Source: Pseudomonadota bacterium (lineage in GTDB: Bacteria > Pseudomonadota > Alphaproteobacteria > Minwuiales > Minwuiaceae). Taken from it: a DNA stretch of 64,000 bases. Shown piece by piece: positions 21,559 to 29,137 of this stretch (position 1 is its first letter; each line of letters begins with the position of its first letter). The stretch lies in NCBI GenBank assembly GCA_036154895.1, contig JAYZWD010000005.1, forward strand, positions 66,334 to 130,333. The letters are read 5' to 3'. The notes beneath the pieces are model-generated. The model did no database searches. It worked only from the letters and a program-made list of their open reading frames with translations, and was not told the origin of the DNA. The position numbers were made by a program, and so were the translations under genes.

Positions 21559-21600
21559 AAAAACACCGATGGCGGGTCCCGGGGGGACCCGCCACGCGGT
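21559..21600 (-). terminator. Rho-independent terminator downstream of csbD
   Basis: Minus strand TGGCGGGTCCC-ccc-GGGACCCGCCA, followed by TCGGTGTTTTT. Confidence 0.65.
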
Positions 21601-21713
21601 TGCCGACCTGAAATGACAGGCCGGGATCGTTTCGGTTCAAGGAGTCCGGTTCCTGCCGGACAGATCCCGCACTCCGATGATTGTGTTGCAGGATCCATTT
21701 CGGAAGATGCGGG

Positions 21714-21911
21714 TCAGTTTATCTTTGACCACTCCTCGACTTCCCGTTCGGCTGTTTCGCGGGTCTTCCCGTAGCGCTCCTGGATCCTGCCGACGAGCTG
21801 ATCGTGTCGACCGTCGATCTTGTCGATATCGTCTCCGGTGAGTTCGCCCCACTGCTCCTTGACCTTGCCCTTGAGCTGGTTCCACTTGCCCTTGAGTTCT
21901 TCGTGTTTCAT
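21714..21911 (-). CDS. csbD: CsbD/YjbJ family general stress protein
   Basis: 65 aa, KGKWNQLKGKVKEQWGELTGDD...G..DQLVG.IQERYG...AE.EV. GGAG RBS. Confidence 0.93.
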   Translation of the reverse strand: MKHEELKGKWNQLKGKVKEQWGELTGDDIDKIDGRHDQLVGRIQERYGKTRETAEREVEEWSKIN

Positions 21912-21960
21912 GTCACTTACTCCACTGGTTGCGCTGAAAACCTCGAAATGGTTCGAGATC

Positions 21961-22100
21961 TAAACAATTGATTCCGTCGTTAAAATTTCAAATTGAAGTT
22001 ATTTTTAATAATTAAAAGAAAATATTCTCCATAATTTGATCAAAAAGGTGAAAAGTTAATAAATATATTGGCGATAAAGTTCGAAAGGCAGATATAAATC
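21961..22100. promoter_or_regulatory. Extremely AT-rich intergenic tract between divergent genes
   Basis: Hand count of 32 G+C in 140 nt (about 23%) against a roughly 70% GC background. Confidence 0.7.
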
Positions 22101-22269
22101 GTGCCGATACGCTTGTTGATGTGGGCATATGCCTCGAATTTTCAACCCGCATGTTTCCTGACGTCGGTCTGATGTCCCGTGATGCCTGCGCATTCGGATG
22201 TCTGGTCAGAATTTGTGACTGGCGCGTCCGCTTGTGCCATGATCGAGCACGAACCAGGAAAATGAGGCG

Positions 22270-22431
22270 ATGGACGGGATGATCGTCATGCTGGGGATCT
22301 GTGCCTTGCTGGGCGTGTTGCTCATCCAGCGCCTGTTCCCCGACCGCTACCCGCCGGTGCCAGGGGAGCGATCCCGGGGGGACGGGCCGTCGGGACCCGG
22401 TCTTCCGGGCGGGGGAGGAGACGCGGCTTGA
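22270..22431 (+). CDS. Putative small membrane protein, 53 aa (absent from ORF track)
   Basis: MDGMIVMLGICALLGVLLIQRLFPDRYPPVPGERSRGDGPSGPGLPGGGGDAA. GAGG upstream and an N-terminal hydrophobic helix. Confidence 0.4.
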   Translation: MDGMIVMLGICALLGVLLIQRLFPDRYPPVPGERSRGDGPSGPGLPGGGGDAA

Positions 22432-22577
22432 CGGGCTTCTATCTGATCGTCGGCGGGATATTCGCCATGTTCGTGGGCTTTGCGGTGCTGAACGAATGGG
22501 TGCGCCGGCGCGCCCTGCGGGATCGCCGCAGGGAATACAACATCACGGAGCAGAGCGAGGGAATGGGCGGTAGCTGA
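22428..22577 (+). CDS. Putative small single-pass membrane protein, 49 aa (absent from ORF track)
   Basis: TTG start overlapping the previous TGA, with a GGAGGAG RBS 7 nt upstream. MTGFYLIVGGIFAMFVGFAVLNEWVRRRALRDRRREYNITEQSEGMGGS is a TM helix followed by an Arg-rich tail. Confidence 0.55.
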   Translation: MTGFYLIVGGIFAMFVGFAVLNEWVRRRALRDRRREYNITEQSEGMGGS

Positions 22578-22733
22578 ACCCGCCTGGGCCGGTTCCGGAA
22601 CCAGTCCGACACCCTGAACCCGCAGTCCTTACCGAAATCTCACCGCCGGGGCCCCGAGCCCTGCGTCCGACGCATGACGCGGCGTGGAAAGCATTTATTG
22701 TGCAGGTGCGAAAAGGCCCGCATCTTCGCCGCC

Positions 22734-23660
22734 ATGTCCGACGCTGCAACAGACCTGCGCCTGTCCGCCCCCGCGACCGCCACCCCGGCCCGGATCCTCG
22801 TTGATTCACCGCTGGCCGGTGTCGGCCTGTACTGCGCCGCCCTGGTGCTGTTCGTCGGCATGGGCATCGCGGCCAAGTCGATGGCGGCGATCTACCCGGT
22901 CGAGCAGGTGATCTGGGCGCGCTACTTCTTCCATGTCGTGTTCATCGTCATCTGCTTCCCGCTCAGCCTGCGGACCCTGTTCCGGACCGAGCGGCGCGGC
23001 CTGCAGGTCCTGCGCTCGGTGCTGGTGTTCGGCGCCACCGCCTGCGGCTTCACCTCGCTGACGATGATGCCCATGGCCCAGGTTTCGGCCATCGGCTATG
23101 TCGCGCCGCTGCTGGTCACGGTGCTGTCGATCTTCCTGCTGAAGGAAAAGGTCGGGCCCCGGCGCCTGGCGGCCGTCGCCATCGGTTTCGTCGGCGTGCT
23201 GGTGATCCTGCGCCCCGACCGCACCGACTTCTCCTGGTGGTCGCTGCTGCCGCTGGTGATGGCGTCCTGCTACGCCATGTTCCTGGTGCTGACGCGGATG
23301 ATCCGCGGCGCCGCCTCGCCGATCAACTCGCTGTTCTACACGGCGATCACCGGCGCGGTGCTCGCGACCATCCCGCTGCCCTTCATCTGGCAGACGCCGG
23401 AGCCGCTGCACTGGCTGGTCTTCGCCGGCATGGGCGTGATCGGCGGCACCGGCCACTTCCTGATGATCCGCGCCTTCGAGAAGGCCGAGGCCTCGATGCT
23501 GGCGCCGTTCGTCTATACCGAACTGCTCTGGGCCATCATCGCCGGCGCGCTGGTCTTCGGCGACATCCCCGAGCTGTCGATGGTGATCGGCGCCATCGTG
23601 ATCATGGGCAGTGGCCTGTTCGTGCTCTACCGCGAGCGGATGAAATCCCGCCAGGGCTGA
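22734..23660 (+). CDS. DMT/EamA family transporter
   Basis: About 10 hydrophobic segments. Motifs LKEKVGPRR, GFVGVLVILRP, EASMLAPFVY, FGDIP. Confidence 0.9.
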   Translation: MSDAATDLRLSAPATATPARILVDSPLAGVGLYCAALVLFVGMGIAAKSMAAIYPVEQVIWARYFFHVVFIVICFPLSLRTLFRTERRGLQVLRSVLVFGATACGFTSLTMMPMAQVSAIGYVAPLLVTVLSIFLLKEKVGPRRLAAVAIGFVGVLVILRPDRTDFSWWSLLPLVMASCYAMFLVLTRMIRGAASPINSLFYTAITGAVLATIPLPFIWQTPEPLHWLVFAGMGVIGGTGHFLMIRAFEKAEASMLAPFVYTELLWAIIAGALVFGDIPELSMVIGAIVIMGSGLFVLYRERMKSRQG

Positions 23661-23679
23661 GTGCGCGGCGCCCGGTTCC

Positions 23680-24387
23680 CTACAGCCCGAACAGGTCGTT
23701 CAGCGACAGCACCTTGTGGACGGCGGTGACCCGTGCCACCGGCACGTCGAACGCCGTTTCCGGGTTGAACTGCTGCAGGGTCAGGCGATCCTGGTCGCGC
23801 CGGCGCAGCTTCTTGCAGAACGCCTCGATGCGGTCGTCGTCGGTCTTCACCTGCACCACGACATAGTCGCCCGGCCGGACCGGTCGCCGGCCGGAGACGT
23901 AGATCAGTTCCCCGTCCTCGAAGCGCGGCGACATGGAATCGCCGACCACGTAGAGCGCGTAGATGTCGACCGCCGTGGCGATCCCGGGCGGGCGACGCAC
24001 CCGGTCGATGGGTGCGCCGATGTCGAGCTGGAAGGCCCCGTCCAGGCTGCCGGCGGCGGTGCCCAGCACCGGCACGTCCAGCGCCATCTCCGCGCGCGCC
24101 GGAACCAGCGGCGCCGCGCCGGCCACGGCCGGGATGCTGCCGGCGAGACCATTGCCGTCGGGCAGCGGCTCGACGGGACCGCGCCCCGTCGCCAGCCACT
24201 CGAACGAGCAGTCGAGCACGCGCGCCAGCTTTTCCAGCGTGTCGCGGCGCGGGTTGTTGGAACGGCCGCGGCGGATGTTGCGGATGATCTCCGGTCGTCC
24301 GGCGGCCAGCATGGAAGCGCGATAGTCGGTCAGCCCGCGGTCCCGCAGGCGCTGATCGATCCGTGCAAGCAGTTCATCATTGGCCAT
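23680..24387 (-). CDS. Phage CI/LexA-like repressor with HTH and S24 peptidase domains
   Basis: N-terminal HTH (NPRRDTLEKLARVL...WLATG), candidate Ala-Gly cleavage site (GTAAG), catalytic Ser (GDSMSP) and Lys (FCKKL), QFNP. Confidence 0.88.
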   Translation of the reverse strand: MANDELLARIDQRLRDRGLTDYRASMLAAGRPEIIRNIRRGRSNNPRRDTLEKLARVLDCSFEWLATGRGPVEPLPDGNGLAGSIPAVAGAAPLVPARAEMALDVPVLGTAAGSLDGAFQLDIGAPIDRVRRPPGIATAVDIYALYVVGDSMSPRFEDGELIYVSGRRPVRPGDYVVVQVKTDDDRIEAFCKKLRRRDQDRLTLQQFNPETAFDVPVARVTAVHKVLSLNDLFGL

Positions 24388-24458
24388 TGCAGGACAATGC
24401 CACACATGCGGTCATTGGCCCAGCATAATTTTACCGGATACCGGGTGTTGCCGGCGGT

Positions 24459-26252
24459 TCAGGCCACAAGTTGATCATCAGGGATAGAATAGAGCGATTC
24501 CGCACCCTCGCGTGCCGAGAGACCGAGCGCCGTGACCTGGGGCAGGATCTGGGCGCAGAAGAAGCCGGCGCTGGCGATCTTGGCCTGCAGGAACGGCGTG
24601 TCGCCGGTGCCCGCGTCCAGCAGGGCCTGTGCCTGCAGCGCGCCCTGCGCCAGCAGGTGGCCGCCAATGGCGAGACCGGCGAGCCGCAGGAACGGGGTGG
24701 CCCCGGCCGCCGCGTCGTTCGGCGCGGAGGAGAGCTTCTCCACCAGCCACTCGGCGGTCTCCGCGAATGCGCGGCCGGCGACGGCCAGCGGGTTGGCCAT
24801 CGCGGCGATGGCCGGCGCGGCCGAGGCGGCGCAGGCGGTCGCCGTCTCCTCGAACATCGCCAGCATCAGCTGCATCGGCTCGCCGCCGTTCAGGGTCAGC
24901 TTGCGGGTCACCAGGTCGAGGGCCTGGATGCCGTTGGTGCCCTCGTAGATCGGCAGGATGCGGCTGTCGCGGTAGTGCTGGCCGGCACCGGTCTCCTCGA
25001 CATAGCCCATGCCGCCATGTACCTGCACGCCCAGCGAGGCGACCTCGACACCCACATCGGTGGAGAAGCCCTTGGAGACGGGGGTGAACAGCTCGCCCAG
25101 GCCGGCGCGGCGGCGGCGCTCGTCGGCGTCGGGGTGGCGGCGGCCGAGGTCCAGGCAGGCGGCATTGGCCAGGCAGATGGCGCGGGCCGCCTCGGTCAGG
25201 CTGCGCATGGTCATCAGCATGCGACGCACGTCGGCATGGTCGATGATGGTGCCGGTGCCGGCGACGGCCGGCCTGCCCTGCACGCGCTGGCGGGCGAAGT
25301 CGACGGCGCGCTGGTAGGCCCGCTCGGCCACCGCGACGCCCTGCACGCCGACCGACAGGCGGGCATTGTTCATCATCGTGAACATCGCCCGCATGCCCTT
25401 GTTCTCCTCGCCGACCATCCAGCCGACGCAATTGCCGTTCTCGCCGTAGGACATGACGCAGGTCGGGCTGGCGTGGATGCCGATCTTGTGTTCCAGCGAG
25501 ATGCAGCGCAGGTCGTTGCGCTGGCCCGGCGTGCCGTCCGCGTTCAGCAGGAACTTGGGCACCAGGAACAGGCTGATGCCGCGCGTGCCGGCCGGCGCGT
25601 CGGGGGTGCGGGCCAGCACCAGGTGGATGATGTTGTCAGCCATGTCGTGCTCGCCATAGCTGATGAAGATCTTCTGGCCGGAGATCAGCCAGGATCCGTC
25701 GCCGCGCGGCTCGGCCTTCGTGCGGAGCGCGCCGACGTCGGAGCCGGCCTGCGGCTCGGTCAGGTTCATGGTGGCGGTCCACTCGCCGGAGATCATCTTC
25801 TCCAGGTACATGGCCTTCTGCTCTTCGGACCCGTGTGCCTCCAGCGCGTCGATGGCGCCCTGGTTCAGCAGCGGGCAGAGCGAGAAGCCGATATTGGCGC
25901 TGTTCCACATCTCGGTCAGCGCGATGGTCACCAGCCAGGGCAGGCCGCCGCCGCCCAGTTCGGGATCGAAGGGCACGCCGTTCCAGCCGCCGTCGCGGAA
26001 CTGTTTCCAGGCATCGGCGAAGCCGGGCGCCGTGCGGACCACACCGTTCTCCAGCCGGGCGCCGACCTGGTCACCGGCGCGGTTCAGCGGTGCCAGCACG
26101 CCGCCGGCCAGTCGCGCCGCCTCCTCCAGGATCTGCTCGACCAGGTCGGGGTCCGCCGCCTCGAAGCCGGGCAGGGCGGCGACATCCTTCAGGCCGGCGA
26201 TGTGGTTGAGGACGAAGCTGAGTTCGCGGACGGGGGCGGCGTATTCGGCCAT
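24459..26252 (-). CDS. Long-form acyl-CoA dehydrogenase (about 600 aa; DmdC-like family)
   Basis: TMNLTEPQAGSDVG, GQKIFISYGEHD, GISLFLVPK, EHKIGIHASPTC, QVHGGMGY, IYEGTNGIQALDL. Confidence 0.9.
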   Translation of the reverse strand: MAEYAAPVRELSFVLNHIAGLKDVAALPGFEAADPDLVEQILEEAARLAGGVLAPLNRAGDQVGARLENGVVRTAPGFADAWKQFRDGGWNGVPFDPELGGGGLPWLVTIALTEMWNSANIGFSLCPLLNQGAIDALEAHGSEEQKAMYLEKMISGEWTATMNLTEPQAGSDVGALRTKAEPRGDGSWLISGQKIFISYGEHDMADNIIHLVLARTPDAPAGTRGISLFLVPKFLLNADGTPGQRNDLRCISLEHKIGIHASPTCVMSYGENGNCVGWMVGEENKGMRAMFTMMNNARLSVGVQGVAVAERAYQRAVDFARQRVQGRPAVAGTGTIIDHADVRRMLMTMRSLTEAARAICLANAACLDLGRRHPDADERRRRAGLGELFTPVSKGFSTDVGVEVASLGVQVHGGMGYVEETGAGQHYRDSRILPIYEGTNGIQALDLVTRKLTLNGGEPMQLMLAMFEETATACAASAAPAIAAMANPLAVAGRAFAETAEWLVEKLSSAPNDAAAGATPFLRLAGLAIGGHLLAQGALQAQALLDAGTGDTPFLQAKIASAGFFCAQILPQVTALGLSAREGAESLYSIPDDQLVA

Positions 26253-26389
26253 GGTGCGCTCTCCCTGGGGCCTTGGGTCGGGCGCTCTTCTCCGGCGCCT
26301 GCGGCGATTGCGACTGTGGTCCTTCACTTGACGCCAGCCGCCGGGCGGGTCAAGGGGAGCCGCAGATCCCCCACCCGCAGTGCGACGCC

Positions 26390-27340
26390 GTGACCGCGAC
26401 CCTGATCGACACCTCGAAGGCTTCCATCGACCGCGCCGCCGCCGCGTTGCGCGACGGCGGGCTGGTCGCCTTCCCGACAGAGACGGTCTACGGCCTGGGT
26501 GGCATCGCAACCGACGGCCGCGCCGTTGCCTCCATCTACGCGGCCAAGGGCCGGCCGGACTTCAACCCGCTGATCGCCCATGTGCCGGACGTGGCGGCGG
26601 CGCGGGAACTCGTCGTGCTGGACGACCTTGCCGAACGGCTGGCCGCCGCCTTCTGGCCGGGGCCGCTGACCCTGGTGCTGCCGCGCGCGCCCGGTTGCCC
26701 GGTCTCGCCGCTCTGTTCGGCCGGCCTGCCGACCCTGGCGATCCGCGTGCCGGCCGCGCCGGTGGCGCAGGCGCTGCTGCGCGCCACGGGACTGCCGGTT
26801 GCGGCTCCGTCGGCCAATCCCTCCGGCCGGCTCAGCCCGACCACGGCCGCGCACGTCATGGCCGGACTGGGTGACAGGCTGGACTTCATCGTCGATGGCG
26901 GCGCGTGTCCCGTGGGCGTCGAGAGCACCGTGGTCGGTGTCGACAACGGCGTCGCGACCCTGCTCCGCCCCGGCGGGCTGTCGGCCGAGGAGATCGAGGC
27001 GGTGACGGGTCCGCTGCTCCGGCCGGGCCACGATCCGGCGGCGCCGTCCAGCCCAGGCATGCTGGCGAGCCACTATGCGCCGCACGCGGCATTGCGCCTG
27101 GATGCGACGGAGGCCAGGCCAGGGGAGATCCTGCTGGGGTTCGGTCCCGGTGCGCCGGCGGGACCCAATCTCAGCCCGACGGGCGACCTAGTGGAGGCGG
27201 CGGCGCGGCTGTTCGGCCTGCTGCACGACCTGGACGGCGCGGACGGGCGGACCATCGCGGTGATGCCGGTTCCCGAGCGGGGACTTGGCCTGGCGATCAA
27301 CGACCGCCTTCGGCGGGCGGCGGCGCCCCGAGGCGCATGA
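26390..27340 (+). CDS. tsaC: L-threonylcarbamoyladenylate synthase (Sua5 type)
   Basis: AFPTETVYGL, KGRP.FNPLI.H, FWPGPLTL, APSAN.SG, ESTV, and the Sua5 C-domain (SPGMLASHYAP, AINDRLRRAA). Confidence 0.95.
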   Translation: MTATLIDTSKASIDRAAAALRDGGLVAFPTETVYGLGGIATDGRAVASIYAAKGRPDFNPLIAHVPDVAAARELVVLDDLAERLAAAFWPGPLTLVLPRAPGCPVSPLCSAGLPTLAIRVPAAPVAQALLRATGLPVAAPSANPSGRLSPTTAAHVMAGLGDRLDFIVDGGACPVGVESTVVGVDNGVATLLRPGGLSAEEIEAVTGPLLRPGHDPAAPSSPGMLASHYAPHAALRLDATEARPGEILLGFGPGAPAGPNLSPTGDLVEAAARLFGLLHDLDGADGRTIAVMPVPERGLGLAINDRLRRAAAPRGA

Positions 27341-28508
27341 GCACCACGATGGCCAGCAGCAGCACCGCCGCCTGGCCCCACAGCGCCGGGCGGTAGGTCT
27401 CCGCGATGTCATGGGCCACGCCGGTCAGGCCCGGCCCCATGGCCTGGAACAGGTACAGCGCCACCGCCAGCAGGCCGTAGGTCCGGCCATAGCCGGCGGT
27501 GCCGAACCAGCGCCGGACCAGCAGCGGTGGCAGCATGACCAGGGCGCCGACGACGAAGCCCGACAGCGCACAGGCGGCGTAGATCATGTCGGTGCCACCG
27601 GCCTCCGCGATTGCCGCCAGGCCGATGGCCTGCACCAGCCACGCCCCGGCCGAAAGGTGCCGCAGGTCGACGCGGGCGGCGAGCCAGCCCAGGCCGAAGC
27701 GCCCGAAGATCGAGGAGAAGGCGGCGATGGCGACGGCGTCCGCGGCGTCGGTCTGGGCCAGGTGCTCCGCCATCACCGGGAACTGGTGTGACAGGAAGCC
27801 GACCTGGGCCATCAGGCTGAGCCCGGTGCCGATGCCGATGATGCGGAAGTCGCGACTGGCGATCAGCGGCCGCACATTGCCGAAGACCGCCGGACGAACG
27901 GTGCCGGCGGCCACCGGCGGGGCGGAGATCACGAAGGCGGCGATGGGCAGGGTCACGGCGATCACCGAGAGGCCGAGTGCGGTCGCGGTGAAGGCGAAGC
28001 CGTGGGCCTCGGCCAGCCGCGCCACGGTCGGGATCACGATCATGGCGCCCACGCTGGCGCCGGTCAGCGCAAAGCTCATGGCGACACCCAGATTGCGCCC
28101 GAACCAGGGGTTCAGCGTCGAACTGATGCCGACCACGCCCACCGCCGGATAGCCCAGCGCCATGACGACGAAGGCGAGCCAGACCTGCCAGAGTTCCGTC
28201 GCATGGCCGATGCCGATGACGCTGATGCCGACCAGCATGGCGCCGGCGGCGATCACCGCGCGTGGTCCGAAGCGGTCGATCAGGCTGCCGGCGACAAAGG
28301 TCATCGGGATGCCGACCACCCAGAACAGCACCACGGCGCCGGAGACGGCCGAGGTCGACCAGCCATGCAACACGGTGAGTTGCTGGATATAGAAGCCGTG
28401 GCCGTAGAACACCGAGCCCCAGGAGAAGATGGCGAACAGGAAGCAGCCGGCCGTCACCAGCCAGCCGCGGTGCAGTCCGCGCGCAGTGTCCAGGGTCTCC
28501 GTCGACAT
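27297..28508 (-). CDS. MFS transporter
   Basis: About 12 TM segments, motif A (GSLIDRFGPR) and GRFGLGWLAAR. The 3' end overlaps the convergent tsaC end. Confidence 0.88.
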   Translation of the reverse strand: MSTETLDTARGLHRGWLVTAGCFLFAIFSWGSVFYGHGFYIQQLTVLHGWSTSAVSGAVVLFWVVGIPMTFVAGSLIDRFGPRAVIAAGAMLVGISVIGIGHATELWQVWLAFVVMALGYPAVGVVGISSTLNPWFGRNLGVAMSFALTGASVGAMIVIPTVARLAEAHGFAFTATALGLSVIAVTLPIAAFVISAPPVAAGTVRPAVFGNVRPLIASRDFRIIGIGTGLSLMAQVGFLSHQFPVMAEHLAQTDAADAVAIAAFSSIFGRFGLGWLAARVDLRHLSAGAWLVQAIGLAAIAEAGGTDMIYAACALSGFVVGALVMLPPLLVRRWFGTAGYGRTYGLLAVALYLFQAMGPGLTGVAHDIAETYRPALWGQAAVLLLAIVVLMRLGAPPPAEGGR

Positions 28509-28539
28509 GGCCGCCAGACTAGAGACTTCGCCGGCCGCG

Positions 28540-29046
28540 TCACGCGCTTCCCGCGGCATGCCCGCCATTCGCCAGCAGGCGCTTGTGGAAGGCCCGTGGC
28601 GTGGTGAACGGGCCGGTCGGGACGCCCGTCAGGTGGCCGATGGTGCTGACGCAGGTGAGCAGGCCGCGCGGACGGAAGCGGTCCGGCGCGCGGGCGCTGA
28701 CGATCACGGCGCGGGCATCGCCCGAAGCCACCAGCCGCCGGAGCGTCGGCAGGGTCGCGTCACCGCGCGCGATGCCGATCCCGAGACCCAGGCCACCGGG
28801 ATTGACCACCAGCCAGTCGCGGCCCGGCCCCTCCGGCGAGAGGGCCAGCACGTGCCGGAAGCCGGGGTGCAGCAGCTTCAGCAGGCGTGACAGCAGGCGG
28901 TTGGGCCAGGGCGCGTCCGGCGCCGGCTCCGGCGGGTCGACGAAGACCACGATCCAGGGCCGGTTGGCGGCAGGCACGGGAAAGCCGAGCAGCGGCTCGG
29001 CGGGCAGGGCATGGTGCACGGTGGCCTCCGTGGCTGATGACCGCAT
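28540..29046 (-). CDS. Hypothetical protein, possible permuted papain-like (His...Cys) fold
   Basis: C-terminal part of ORF 28540..29451: WIVVF...LLHPGFRHV...WLVVNP...LTCVS...TPRAF. Fills the gap between two clear genes. Start uncertain. Confidence 0.6.
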   Translation of the reverse strand: MRSSATEATVHHALPAEPLLGFPVPAANRPWIVVFVDPPEPAPDAPWPNRLLSRLLKLLHPGFRHVLALSPEGPGRDWLVVNPGGLGLGIGIARGDATLPTLRRLVASGDARAVIVSARAPDRFRPRGLLTCVSTIGHLTGVPTGPFTTPRAFHKRLLANGGHAAGSA

Positions 29047-29137
29047 CAGCCTAGCGGCGTGGTCCGAAACCGTGTCCCGCGGGTTTGCCGGCGCCGGAGG
29101 GCGTGCCAAACTCCGCCCACCGGGGAGGACAACACCA

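Noticed and set aside
21912-21990. EcfG (general stress sigma) promoter for csbD
   Set aside because: GGAAT and GAAC elements are present on the minus strand, but no CGTT/CATT -10 element at 16-17 nt spacing.
21961-22100. AT-rich tract as a replication origin or dif site
   Set aside because: No cluster of DnaA boxes (only TTCTCCATA, two mismatches), no XerD arm TTATGTTAAA, and no typical oriC-flanking genes.
26327-26354. Inverted repeat CTTGAC-N16-GTCAAG between the divergent acyl-CoA dehydrogenase and tsaC genes
   Set aside because: More simply explained as two back-to-back -35 elements than as a novel operator.
23680-29046. Intact prophage around the CI-like repressor
   Set aside because: No integrase, terminase, structural genes, att repeats or compositional shift. 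The intervening genes are housekeeping.
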